Assembly: GCF_964204645.1 (NCBI RefSeq)
Contig: NC_134032.1
Span: 3,372,175 to 3,436,174, forward strand
Direction: 5' to 3'
DNA from: Tubulanus polymorphus
Taxonomy: Eukaryota > Animalia > Nemertea
Length of the DNA: 64,000 nt
Shown piece by piece: positions 46,144-57,326 of the stretch. The translations under genes were made by a program, and so were the position numbers. Below the pieces are notes generated by a model. That model made no database searches and was not told where the DNA came from. It saw only the letters and a list, made by a program, of their open reading frames with translations. Positions within the stretch are counted from its first letter, which is position 1. Each line of letters begins with the position of its first letter.

Positions 46144-49130
46144 TTACCCGTACGGTATGGTTCTATGTTTGTCGAAGAACGCTCTTTTAGGGTAAACGAT
46201 TCGATGCCGTTTCTTTTCTACAGCCGACTTAAGTACATAGTTTCTAGTATCTCGTTGGATAGCCGAAGGGTTGATCACGGTTATAGGATCGTCATCGTTG
46301 TTTCTTCCGGACACGACGATGTCGCGCATAGATTCGAAATTCACCAATTGCGAATTCCTGAAGTTTAAACATATACCTTTAACTTTACAAACGGACTTCT
46401 CTGAGTTGTATTTGGTCGACTTTACTTTATACGCGTAATTCTTCGCTCCTCCCGACACGAATTCCGTGATGTAAGATCCTACACCGTAATCGCCCTCTAA
46501 TTCGTCGGTCATGTCGCCTAGAAAAATACCGGTCGGCGGTCGTACATACCCGGTTTGGCGATATAGATAACCAAGTCGGTGTCCATGTAAAGAACGCGAC
46601 TATCCAACGGTTCGATGTAAGAATACAGCTTCAGGCGAGCGTGAGCGGTAGTGAATGCGGCCAACACTACGTTCGATTTAGAGTCTGGGGTTACGATTCG
46701 TTCGTGTTTTTGAACTGCACCTTCTTCAACAGTTCTTCATTAAGGATAATAACATCGGATACTGTTACGGCCAGAAAAAGCCAAACTACAAACACAACTC
46801 GGAAGACTGCCATCTACATAACACCAACTGCTTTATTAAACAGAACTCAACTGAACTGCTGAATATCAACAGTACGAACATATATATACAGGAAACAACA
46901 ATAGAAGAATACAGACAGAGATTAAAGCTTACAATATTCACAATGAACACTGACATGCGACGAAATAGGAACTTGAAAACCAGTGATGCTAGACAAACAT
47001 CGAATACGTAACAGATACTTCGACGTCGTCCGATAAAAGCATGTCGTTGAGTAGAACGGTTCCGACACGAACTTCGCTTGGGTCTTAGTAGGTTTGATAC
47101 CCAACCGACCCCACATCGAGTTCAAACATAACTTACTGACGGCTCGCAGTCCTTGGTTGAATCGGACTTTTTCCGGATCAATTTCGACGCCCTCCCGATC
47201 TCTGTAAGCCCGCACGAATCGCTGTTTCTCGGTATCGGTTCTAACATTTTCCGGCCAGCCGCTCGCCTCGACTTTAATTTTTAAAAATCTATCGATGTAT
47301 TGGGCGAACAGACCGGTCTCTTTCTCTTCCCAATGCCACATTTAGTTGACTCGGACGATTCGATAACCCCGTCTAATCGCCGCCATCAATTCGACGGTTA
47401 CCCAAGTACCGGTGATACACCGTTCTTCGCCCGGGTGCCGACATCGTTCGTGCTGCTGCATCGTGTCGCAACAGGTTCGACACAACGGGAACGTCAGCTT
47501 AGAATCCGGTGAACGATACGGGAACACCGGCAAAATCAATTCTCTTGGCGGAAGAACGATGCATTTAACGATACTGTAATGTTCGGATATCGGTTTAAAG
47601 TTCTCCGTTACGATGATCGGATGCCCGATAGGATAGCTACAATGTTTATATACGAACGGGTACAGAGAACAAATGTCTATATATTTAATACGACAACCTG
47701 ATGAAGCTCAATAGCGTTGGTACAACCCCCGAAAAATGCATCTCCAGGGTCGATACCGTCTACGATGTCGGTATTACCGACGACAAACTCTCTTAACCCG
47801 ACGTCGTTGACCAGCATTTCGTTGTACGCGAGCTCCCATAACGTAACGACCGTGTACCCTCGCGATCGGAAATTTTTGTTTCGCGGATTGATAAAGTTCT
47901 TCTATGGTTCGACCGCAAACCGGGTTAACGGTTCCGCGGTTATAACAACGAACGCATCCGTGGTAGAAACAGCCGTTGAATTCGTAGACCGTCGCATCGG
48001 TACGGCCCTATGCGTACCTCGCCGCCGTTCAAGGCGTGGTCTAATCGAACGTTCTCCGTTTCGGCGACGAATTTCAACCAACGGGCGGTCATCCTCGACG
48101 TGTTATCCCCGCACCGGTACCGCCGAAGGGGATCAGACCTATTTTATTCGGTTGCAGGAATGATCGCCGTAATGCCTTGGTGCACGTGGATGCGATCGTC
48201 GTGTAGTTTTCGTAGGCCTCGACGTTGGTATCGAAAAAAAACAGTTCTTGAAATTCGAAGACCGACCTATGCAGAATATGGACGTCTGATCGACAGTACT
48301 CGTCGAGTTCCGTCGCCATATGGAAACGTTTCCCCACATTTTCTATATACCAGGCCGTAAAATTCCGTCTTTCTTTTACGTCCATACCGTCCGGGTTATA
48401 GAACCACGCGTCCCGTAACGGTCCGTCGTAGTTCATGTTTTCGGGTCTACAAAAAACGTAAGGGAAGTATCCTTTTTTCAATTCGTCGAAGACGAGGGTC
48501 AGACTCTTCGGTAATTTCAATAATTTCATCGGTAAGAAACTGAATGAGTCCAAAAATGTTCGACTCTCATCGAAAGAATCTTACCGCCGACCGGTATAAT
48601 CGACGGGATTATTTCGTTCTTGATCAGGTATTTTAATACAAAAATACCATCGAACGCCTTAAAGTTATGGATGAATACGGTCGCCCCGCGATGAGTGTCC
48701 GTAAAAACCCATCGGCAAAACTCGTCTAGCGTTTTGCATCTGAACATATTTCGCCCACCGCATTCTTCGCATTCGCTAATATCGGTGATACGATCGTGTT
48801 TGCATTTGTAGCAAAAACGATACGCCACGCAGTATGCTACGGTGTGTACGGACGACTAGAAGTCCGTCTCAAAATCGAAAACTATCGTTTTCTTGGTGAC
48901 CGTCGAATTGTTCTTTTTCGATTTAAAATGGGTTGCGAGACCCGCCGATTTATTATCATTCGTCACCGTGCGATCAACGGAGCCTGTCTTGATATAACAT
49001 TCGTGGTTGATCGGTTTATAATCTTTACACGGTTTACAATATCTTTCGCCGCCGTGATGAGCGTTTATTTTCTTTCGATTAACGATATTCGAACACAAGT
49101 TAACCGTTGTTTGGCTCTAATCAATGCTTA
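46144..49130 (-). pseudogene. polB: Second, divergent Polinton-type pPolB with exonuclease domain, decayed
   Basis: VFDFET, IHNFKAFDG, DSFSFLPM, KGYFPY, YCRSDV, DICSLYP, KLCLNSMWG, AFTTAHARL, YMDTD, GGAKNYAY, KVKG. Confidence 0.92.
46763..47013 (-). mobile_element. Solo LTR (251 bp) inserted in the polB pseudogene
   Basis: TGTTACG...CGTAACA termini; 5-bp TSD GATAC (46758-46762 and 47014-47018); TATA and AATAAA on the minus strand. Confidence 0.88.
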
Positions 49131-49354
49131 ATTAGTCACTACTTACATAATGTTTATTAATTTCGTCAAAGTGTTTACACTTGTATAACAATGATAATAA
49201 ACTGAACAAAATTACAAATACAGATGGCGTTACGTTTTCACAATACAATATCTTAATTGATATAGATAAGTAATTATTAAAATCATTTTGTTAGTGTAGA
49301 GAGAATTCCACAATATTAACGAAAAATTCCGAAAATGTAGTTTCGAGATAGTAG

Positions 49355-49403
49355 TTTATTTCAACGTTTCGACTATATCCTAATAGTCATCTTCAGCAAT
49401 AAT
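49355..49403 (-). ncRNA. Minimal hammerhead ribozyme motif in the Penelope terminal repeat
   Basis: Minus strand: ttattg-CTGAAGA-t-gactat-tagga-t-atagtc-GAAAC-GTT-gaaataa; stem II GACTAT/ATAGTC. Confidence 0.72.
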
Positions 49404-50639
49404 GAGATGTATACTACAGCAATTATGAGATATATATATACAATCCAGAGACAAAGAGACTGAATTCAAGTAATCAGAGATGATACAAACTATGGAAAAT
49501 TAACGTAGAAACAGTTAAACGCTAAAATGGATTAAAGGGAAGCAAACCAAAAGGTAATTATAAACAACAATAGTGAGTATAATTATAAATTGAAACTTGA
49601 CATCAGTAGTAAAGAGACAAACTTAGGGGCAGTTGAATTAAAACAAAGGTGATTACAAGTTAAGAGACTAAAATTAATGAGTGACAAATAACAAAGGATC
49701 AAAGGGGAAATCAAGTGTTGAGTTTAACCAGTTTACAGAGGAATTTTGATATTTTGATATTTGAAGTTTATTATGGGGTGAAAAATCATTGTTAAGATTT
49801 ACAACGTTGTTCGAATTTTCAATTATCAATGCAGATTCCAAAATATGTCTTTTAGTTTTATCGTTGCAAGGGTAAAATCAATTCATCATTAGCGAAATCA
49901 AAATTGTGTGAGTTCTGAAATACATGACTAGCAACTCCGCCTTCAGGTTTAAAGTTTTTTACATCTAACTTGTGCTCTTTTAAGCGTTGGTTAAGGTTCC
50001 GACCTGTTTCTCCTATATATACTTTGTCGCAAACTTTACAAGGTATTTTATAAATTTCACAGTTGAGGGATTCGGTTTTAGGTTTGTTATTAATCAATAT
50101 GAGTAATAGGGGTTTAGTTGTTCTAGGCTAAAGGTCGAACGTAGAGCTCATTAAAAAACAAATATTAAAAGTAATTTAAAACTATAATATATTTTCATAG
50201 CCGTGTGCATTTTATATTATAACTAGATATTTATTCTAAGATATTAATAATTTAAATTTTAAAAGCATATTGTATTAAATCAATTGGTCGCTCCGCTTCG
50301 GTACCGCTCCGCTCCGCGACCAATTGATTTATTTACAATACACAAATTCATATAATCAAATATATTCAAATAATAATAAATATTCTATTATTTAACTAAA
50401 ATACACACGGCTATGAAAATATATTATAGTTTTAAATTACTTTTAATATTTGTTTTTAATGAACTCGACCATTCAACCTTTAACCTAGAACAACTAAACC
50501 CCTATTACTCTTAAAATATTCATTTATATGAATAACATATAAATTGATAGATTATTCAATATAAAAGTAACGAATAATTAACGAGCTCTTATAGAATAGA
50601 TATATAGATATATTTTAAACATATTTCAATATTTATATT

Positions 50640-50905
50640 TGTATGAGTTAGATTTTTAAACATAAAAAATGTGGGTAAAGTGTGAGTGAAATAATTCATA
50701 TTTAAATCATTGAATATTTATATTTATATGTGTTAAATTCTTCTTTTTAAACATAAAAAGTGTGAGTAAAGTGTGAGTGAAATAATTCATATTTAAAACA
50801 GTGAATATTTATATTTATATGTGTTAGATTCTTATTTTTGAACATAAAAAGTGTGAGTAAAGTGTGAGTGAAATAATTCATATTTAAAACATTGAATATT
50901 TATAT
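50640..50905 (+). repeat. ~89-bp tandem repeat (3 copies) upstream of the cargo ORF
   Basis: AAACATAAAAAGTGTGAGTAAAGTGTGAGTGAAATAATTCATATTTAAA repeated. Confidence 0.8.
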
Positions 50906-50909
50906 TTGA

Positions 50910-51575
50910 ATGAGTTTTAATAAAAATTTTGTTATAAAAATGAAGAAAGAAGAAGAACCCAACTTTAAAATCGAAATCAATCAAACTAATAAATCATTTT
51001 CACAGTTTAACATTAGAAATTATATTTCAGCAACAAATTTTGTGTCCGCCAGACATTATAAAATCGATAACATAACTATGATTAATCAAATATTATCAAA
51101 TGAAATTTATTTAATTACTGAACTAGTAGATACTTTTGATAATGGCGTTAAAAATCCTAAATTGTTCAATACAGTTTTAAATTTTAAAGGAACTTCAGAT
51201 GAAAACATAATAAATATTCTTAAAACTCCTTTCAATGAAAGAAATGATGATATAATACTTTCTAAAGATTACAATGATTTGATTAACTTAAGAATTGAAA
51301 AAAGACAATTATATTTCAATTATGATAATAAACAAACTATCTATAATGAAAATTCATCAAATATTGGTATTCAATGTGAATTAGATAATGAAAAATCATA
51401 TATATCAGATATTGCAGTTCAATGTTATTTAGATGTTGAATTTAGAAAATTCAATCCTATTGAAAAAGTGTATTGTTATTGCGGCGGCAAATATTTAAGA
51501 TCACATAAATCAAAACATTATCAAACAGTTAAACATATCAATTATGAAAAGAATAATAAATATATATTGAAATAA
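50910..51575 (+). CDS. Mini-Polinton cargo protein with C-terminal CxC..H..H zinc finger
   Basis: Intact 221-aa ORF ending KVYCYCGGKYLRSHKSKHYQTVKH. Confidence 0.65.
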   Translation: MSFNKNFVIKMKKEEEPNFKIEINQTNKSFSQFNIRNYISATNFVSARHYKIDNITMINQILSNEIYLITELVDTFDNGVKNPKLFNTVLNFKGTSDENIINILKTPFNERNDDIILSKDYNDLINLRIEKRQLYFNYDNKQTIYNENSSNIGIQCELDNEKSYISDIAVQCYLDVEFRKFNPIEKVYCYCGGKYLRSHKSKHYQTVKHINYEKNNKYILK

Positions 51576-51733
51576 GAGTATGTTTCAAATATAAAGTAGT
51601 TAAAGCATCGAGAAATTAGTTTAATAAATAACTGTTAGGTAGTAAGTTTAATTGTAATTTGATTTGAAACATATAAAACTTATTTCTAAAATATTAAATA
51701 TTTATCAATTTAATAATTTTTTTTCTTAAATAA

Positions 51734-51952
51734 ATGGATGGTTTCATTCCAACTGGGAAAAGTGATTTGAAGCATTATCTTGTAGCAGGAGGATTAATAT
51801 TGGCAGCATTATATTTTTACTATGAGAATTTTTCAAAAGATTTGATGAATGAAAATAATAAATTAAGTAAAAAATTAAAGAAGTTAAAAGGAAACAATCA
51901 CAGAAATAAAAAGAATAAAAAATGTAATTTAGAAAATGATTTAGAGGATTAA
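51734..51952 (+). CDS. Small TM plus basic coiled-coil cargo protein
   Basis: T-tract followed by TAAATAAATG start, as in the Polinton genes; YLVAGGLILAALYFY. Confidence 0.55.
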   Translation: MDGFIPTGKSDLKHYLVAGGLILAALYFYYENFSKDLMNENNKLSKKLKKLKGNNHRNKKNKKCNLENDLED

Positions 51953-53277
51953 AACAGCATCTTTTAATTTCATATATTTTGACTATAAAAATGAGTGAAA
52001 ATATATTAAACTTATTACATCTATATATAAAAATCAACAGAATATTAAATCAATTATTATGCTTACAGGTTTATTTTCATTCTCAGTTTATACTACAAAA
52101 CAGTTGTTAACAATTCTATGATTGCTGTAAAATTAGATACACTGAATTAATAGAAAATATAAATTATATTTCAGATAGATAGAATAATATTAAATGCTGT
52201 GAAGTATGTAATAAAAGATATAAAAATTTAAAGAATTTAAAAACTCATAAATATATTCATGAATTTCTTGTTAAATCTATTTGAATTCTAGTCAATTCTT
52301 GTTAACCAATAGCGTGACTAGAATTCAAATAGAGCGGAGCGGCAGCGAAGCGAAGCGACCAATTGATTTAATACAATATGCTTTTAAAATTTAAATTATT
52401 AATATCTTAGAATAAATATTTAGTTATAATATAAAATGCACACGGCTATGAAAAAATATTATAGTTTCAAATTACTTTTAATATTTGTTTTTTAATGAGC
52501 TCGACCGTTCGACCTTTGGCCTAGAACAACTAAAACCCTATTACTAATATGTTACTAAGTTTATTATTGTATTTAAAGATAAGTTGTTTATTTAGTTACC
52601 GAAGAGAAACTTTAGAATTCTCGAGGAAAGGTACATACGGTACAATGATAGGCTGTTTATCGGTAGCCGACGTCGGAGTTCTAAGGTTCTTATTTCTAAA
52701 ATGGGTAGTACGAGCTGTAAGGAGAGCTTTTTTCAAGATGAAATCGGGTAGGCAAGTTTTTTTAGAGATTGGTTAATATGTTGTATTTCATCGGGCAGAA
52801 ATTAGGGGTCGCAAATTCTCAAAGCGTTTAATATCCGGAGAAGTAAAAGAGAAGTAATGAAGGTAGGATTCAGCGTTGGTAGGTTTCCTATAAACCGCGA
52901 ATTTCAAAAAGGATCCACTGTTAAAAATCAAAACATCCAGAAAAGGTATTTTACTATTAGATTCCCATTCATACGTAAAAGCCAGAGACGGGTAAAGGCA
53001 GTTTAAATATATAAGAAAGTTATCAACATTGAAGTCAGAGGGAACCAAAGCCAGAACATCGTCAACATATCTGAGCCAGATTTTACGGTGAATATCAGTA
53101 TAAAGAGGCAATATTTCAGTATATATCTTAGAAAGAATTTGACGATAATGATTTTGAGAAGTTTGCATTTGAAGAGATGAGTGATGACATAAAAGCTGTT
53201 GCATAGCGCTGTTTCTCTATTATCCTTTGCTGGTAACTAATCTGAGAAACAATTCAATTTTTTCTTTTCTTTTTTAG

Positions 53278-54900
53278 GGATGAATCGGATTTGCCGATTA
53301 GAGATCAGTCAAAATTTGTTGTCTTACAATCTGCCCTGCTGCTGCTTTTCGCATCGTGCGTCATTTGTAAGGCATCAAACAGGGTCTGGCGTCGAATTTT
53401 TTGAACTCAAATTACTGTGAGAACGAAATGCACTTCATGCCATCACGCAACTGAATGAAAGAGTGAACCAACAACCCGAGGCATTCCAGTGTGTAGCATA
53501 ATGCTAAGTGCCATGATAATTTCGACTGGTAATCTAACAACCAAAGTGACCCGCCTGTTCAAGTAAGTGTCACTTGAAATAGTATTTTTACATTTATTCT
53601 AACGGGTATATGGATTCTTTCTAGAAGGCTACTTCATAATATTTTGATAGACTGTTCCCATTAGTCAAACAGCTGATAGTCTTTATCATGATTTCAGTTT
53701 AATGAAAATTCATTGTTCCACAATAAGAACGGTTTACAGACACCAATCCCAGTATATTCACCTTGCAATAAGAAAATACTTCAATGAAAAGAGAAAGCTG
53801 CTATTGGATTCCATCGGAAATAAACCACTACTGCCGGGAAGGGATGGTCGCTGCGATAGCCCAGGTCATTCAGCGAAGTATTGCTTTTACACAATAATGG
53901 ACTTGCGGCAAAATAGAATCCTTACATCAGAATTAGTGCAGGTAAATTCAATCTTCAATTTTGCAGGATTTCCATTATTTTGATTGTCATACGTTGATCA
54001 ATGCAGATGTTTTTTTTTTTTTTAATTTGTTTACAGAGTAACAAAACAACGTCGTCATCTGCGATGGAATTGGAGGGGCTGAAACGATGTCAGAAGACCT
54101 TGGTGAAATTCAGTGTCAGCATTTGTTGCCGATATACACATTATCTGTTAGGAAGTGGACCCGCGAATATTGGAATGTTCCTCATTTCTATGACTGTTGG
54201 CATTGCGTTAAAGGTAGAGATCGTTCAAAAACACAACATGCCATGTATAACTAATGATAATGTCACAATTTTGATATTTTTGCCCTTTACATGTTTTTTC
54301 CTACGTCGAGTCAGAACATAAGATAACATTGTTATGGTAACTTTGGTATTATTCAGCATTTGCAAAGTAACTGGAGAAGCTGACAAAACGCAAAGGAAAT
54401 GAAGACATAAAACAATGGATTCAAAATATTAAAGTTCATCTGTACTTTTGTGCCTTGACGTCAAAGCCTGGAGAATTCAATAATATTTAGAAGAAATGGC
54501 TAGCGTGTGTTGAGCACGTTCAGAATATACACACTAACTGTAGCCACGGACCACTTGAACAAGAGAGAAAATGACTTTGAAGGTATTGTCACCAAGCCGA
54601 GGTAGTTAGCACAGATCCGAAACATGTCATCCTATGGTCAGACAAGTGGAGTTGAATCATTTCATAGTGTTCTCAACCATTTTTGTCCGAAGATGATTCA
54701 TCTTTCTTACACAGGAATGCTCAGTCGGTGAGTATGTTGCATGTTGGTTCAGGGGGTACAGGGGAAAACTTACCTGTAGATACGCTTCCACTTTAAATTG
54801 GCGAAATCATATCGTCCTGGGTTAACATAAAATATTATTTTCCATATTACATGTGGCTATTCTTCATTACAACAAAAACAGTTCCCGTGTCCAAGCAAAA
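53278..54900 (+). mobile_element. Decayed intron-containing Kolobok/Mutator-like DDE transposase
   Basis: DGRCDSPGHSAKYC.YTIMD, SSAMELEGL, YDCWH, TSGVESFHSVLNHFCPK in separate exons with GT-AG sites. Confidence 0.75.
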
Positions 54901-57038
54901 ACAAAAGTGGTCAAAAGAAGTATGCTGTACACTATCCAAAGCACAAGAATGGGCACGTTGTGAGAACGTTGATTCAAATATCCAACATCGGCGAAAGCTT
55001 GATTGTATACATGCACTGTAGGTTTTCATGTTGTATGAATATTTTGTAGTTCAAATGGGTATGATGCTGATTCAATGTACAATAAACACATGAAGTTAAA
55101 TGGTCAAGGACAGTCAACACCAAGATATCTCTCTTCGACCGATGTTGCACCATAGAAGATCTGATTCTTTCATCTCGAGGAAACGAGGAAAGTGATTCAA
55201 CACGATCAAACATAACACTGTGATAGGTTTGCAGTTCATTTCATTTAGTCCTTTTTTGGATTTTATTGTAATTGAAACTCTGGAACTGTTAACAAGAGAC
55301 AAGTAAGAAGTTGAAAAAACACAAGTTATGCTTGATTCTGACATTCAAATTAAATTCAAATTCAAATTTATTTTATTATATATTTACAAAACATATCATT
55401 GGTTCATACGGTAATAAACATTAGGACAGAACGAATATTATTATAGAATTTTCAAAAAGGCAATGAATTTCTATAACTAAATGAACATTATTTTTCTAAT
55501 AACTGAGATCAAGAGTGACTCTCCCGTTTATTAGGAAACACACACAAGTAGTGGCATTGGTTTGATTTACACACATGTTGCGGGTATAAATTGTTTATCA
55601 CTATAGAATTTGTAATCCACAAAAGCCAAAATCAACATCAGCCGGAAACCCAGACCAAATCAATTCATAATTGATTGATTGAATCTACACTACAATATAT
55701 GTATTTATTAAAATATTTCAATAAAAAGATTAACTTCTAAAATCTATTCCAAATCATAATACGTTCTTATCTGTAAATTCACTCAATCTATCGACTCAGT
55801 AGGTGCCTAAGATGAGTTCTTAATAGGACAGATCTATTTTAAGCATGGTGATAATACAGTATCGTGATGTTTGAATGCCAAAATAAATGCCTGGTCGAAT
55901 AAATTCATATTTGTTGATTGTACGTCCGCGTATGTTCGGTTTCAAAGCTGAATCATATTTGACGTTTACACAGTGGTTGCATATTAGGTTCGAATCTGTC
56001 AATGCATTTAATTCTATGTATCGGTATTTCAATTTACTACAATTCCCATCATTCTGAATGGCTTTGCAGAAAACCCGTCATCGCTGCTTAGCGGCTATAT
56101 TTAAACTTTAATTCTGTAATATTATTCACTTGAAAACGAAAACGTGCAGTTTTAATCAAATCTTTAATAGGAATAAAATATTTTTCTAATTCATGTAAAT
56201 CAATATCTTTGAAATGTGTCTGTTCTTTCATTTATTACTAATTTTTTAATTAAAATTGATATTGTTTTCAACTCGTTAATTACTCGTTACTTTTCATATT
56301 CTTTTAATTTTGTCATTTATTTTACATATTTTATTCATCGAAATCTATATAATTGATTTTCATACATATGATATTCATTTATATAATGTTCATATATATG
56401 AAATTATTAGAGTAATAAAGTATATGTTGTTTCATTTCAGAGGTTAAAAGGTTCAGTGAGTGAAAAATAAAAATAAATTCGAGCGTGTGAGAATTTATTC
56501 TTATTTTTTATGAGCTCGACCTCCTGTACGAAAAGATATATACCCTATTACTCTTCTAGTAGGTCGATTGGACTTTTCACATTTCGTGTGACAGATCCGT
56601 GTGAGCATTTTACAAGTTCCACATTCTTAATCAATAAGGTCAAGGACACTAATTCATCACTATAGTCGCGATCACACGAAGACGTGATTTTTCGAGGGAA
56701 ATATCAGAAACTGGGGCGCCCCAATCTCATGGATCGTGCTTAAAATTGTCTGTAAATCAAATATAAGTAGTAAGTAAATGTCATGGTGTATTGGGAAATT
56801 TAATGAGACTTGTTCATCCGAATTTCATTCGAATAAAGACATTTCTGGAATCGATCTGCGTGCAGACATCCATAGCACGTATCAGTCGAAATTACTGCGA
56901 AAAGCCGATAGTAATCCGACGGGCCTAAGAAATGTATCGGAATCTAAGAATAACACAACATGGATTTTATGACCGACATTTTTATTGGTTATTCAACCAA
57001 ATTATAATATGTGCCTAGGCATCTCAATCGTTTCAAGT

Positions 57039-57326
57039 TTAGTTTAGTTTATAACAATCTTCATATTCGTTTGCTATCGATTTACACAGCGTTTCACAAT
57101 GATCGGCACCACCATTACAATGTTCGGAATCGGCTTTCTTGAAACAATTGGCCGTCCCTTCAGCAAAAGGACACTGAAGTGTTTCTCCGTCATTTTCTTT
57201 TGCAGCACTTTCTTTGCAAGCCACAATCTTATCACTGTATGAATTACAACCGTCAGGTAAACCCGGCTTATGGCCAGCGGAAACCAGACCCAACGACAAC
57301 ACCATCACGGCTAATACCGTATGAAC
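57039..57326 (-). CDS. Last exon of a small secreted 8-Cys protein (first exon not located)
   Basis: Acceptor TTCAG|GTT; signal-like VLAVMVLSLGLVSA; 8 cysteines; stop followed by AATAAA. Confidence 0.68.
   Translation of the reverse strand, partial: VHTVLAVMVLSLGLVSAGHKPGLPDGCNSYSDKIVACKESAAKENDGETLQCPFAEGTANCFKKADSEHCNGGADHCETLCKSIANEYEDCYKLN

Larger units (their letters stand above)
50102..52545. mobile_element. Non-autonomous mini-Polinton, 2444 bp, ~215-bp TIRs, 6-bp TSD
   Basis: Ends AGTAATAGGG...CCCTATTACT; TSD AATATG at 50096-50101 and 52546-52551. Confidence 0.9.
49320..53130 (-). mobile_element. Penelope-like retroelement (RT and GIY-YIG), 5'-truncated, split by an insertion at 50102-52545
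   Basis: RT WLRYVDD..IPFLDV..VYRKPT (52788-53130); GIY-YIG IYKIPCKVCDKVYIGETGR..RLKEHK (49858-50097); 3' hammerhead motif. Confidence 0.9.

Noticed and set aside
46560-46600. Intein in the second-class polB
   Set aside because: YMDTD is contiguous; the only insertion found in this gene is a solo LTR.
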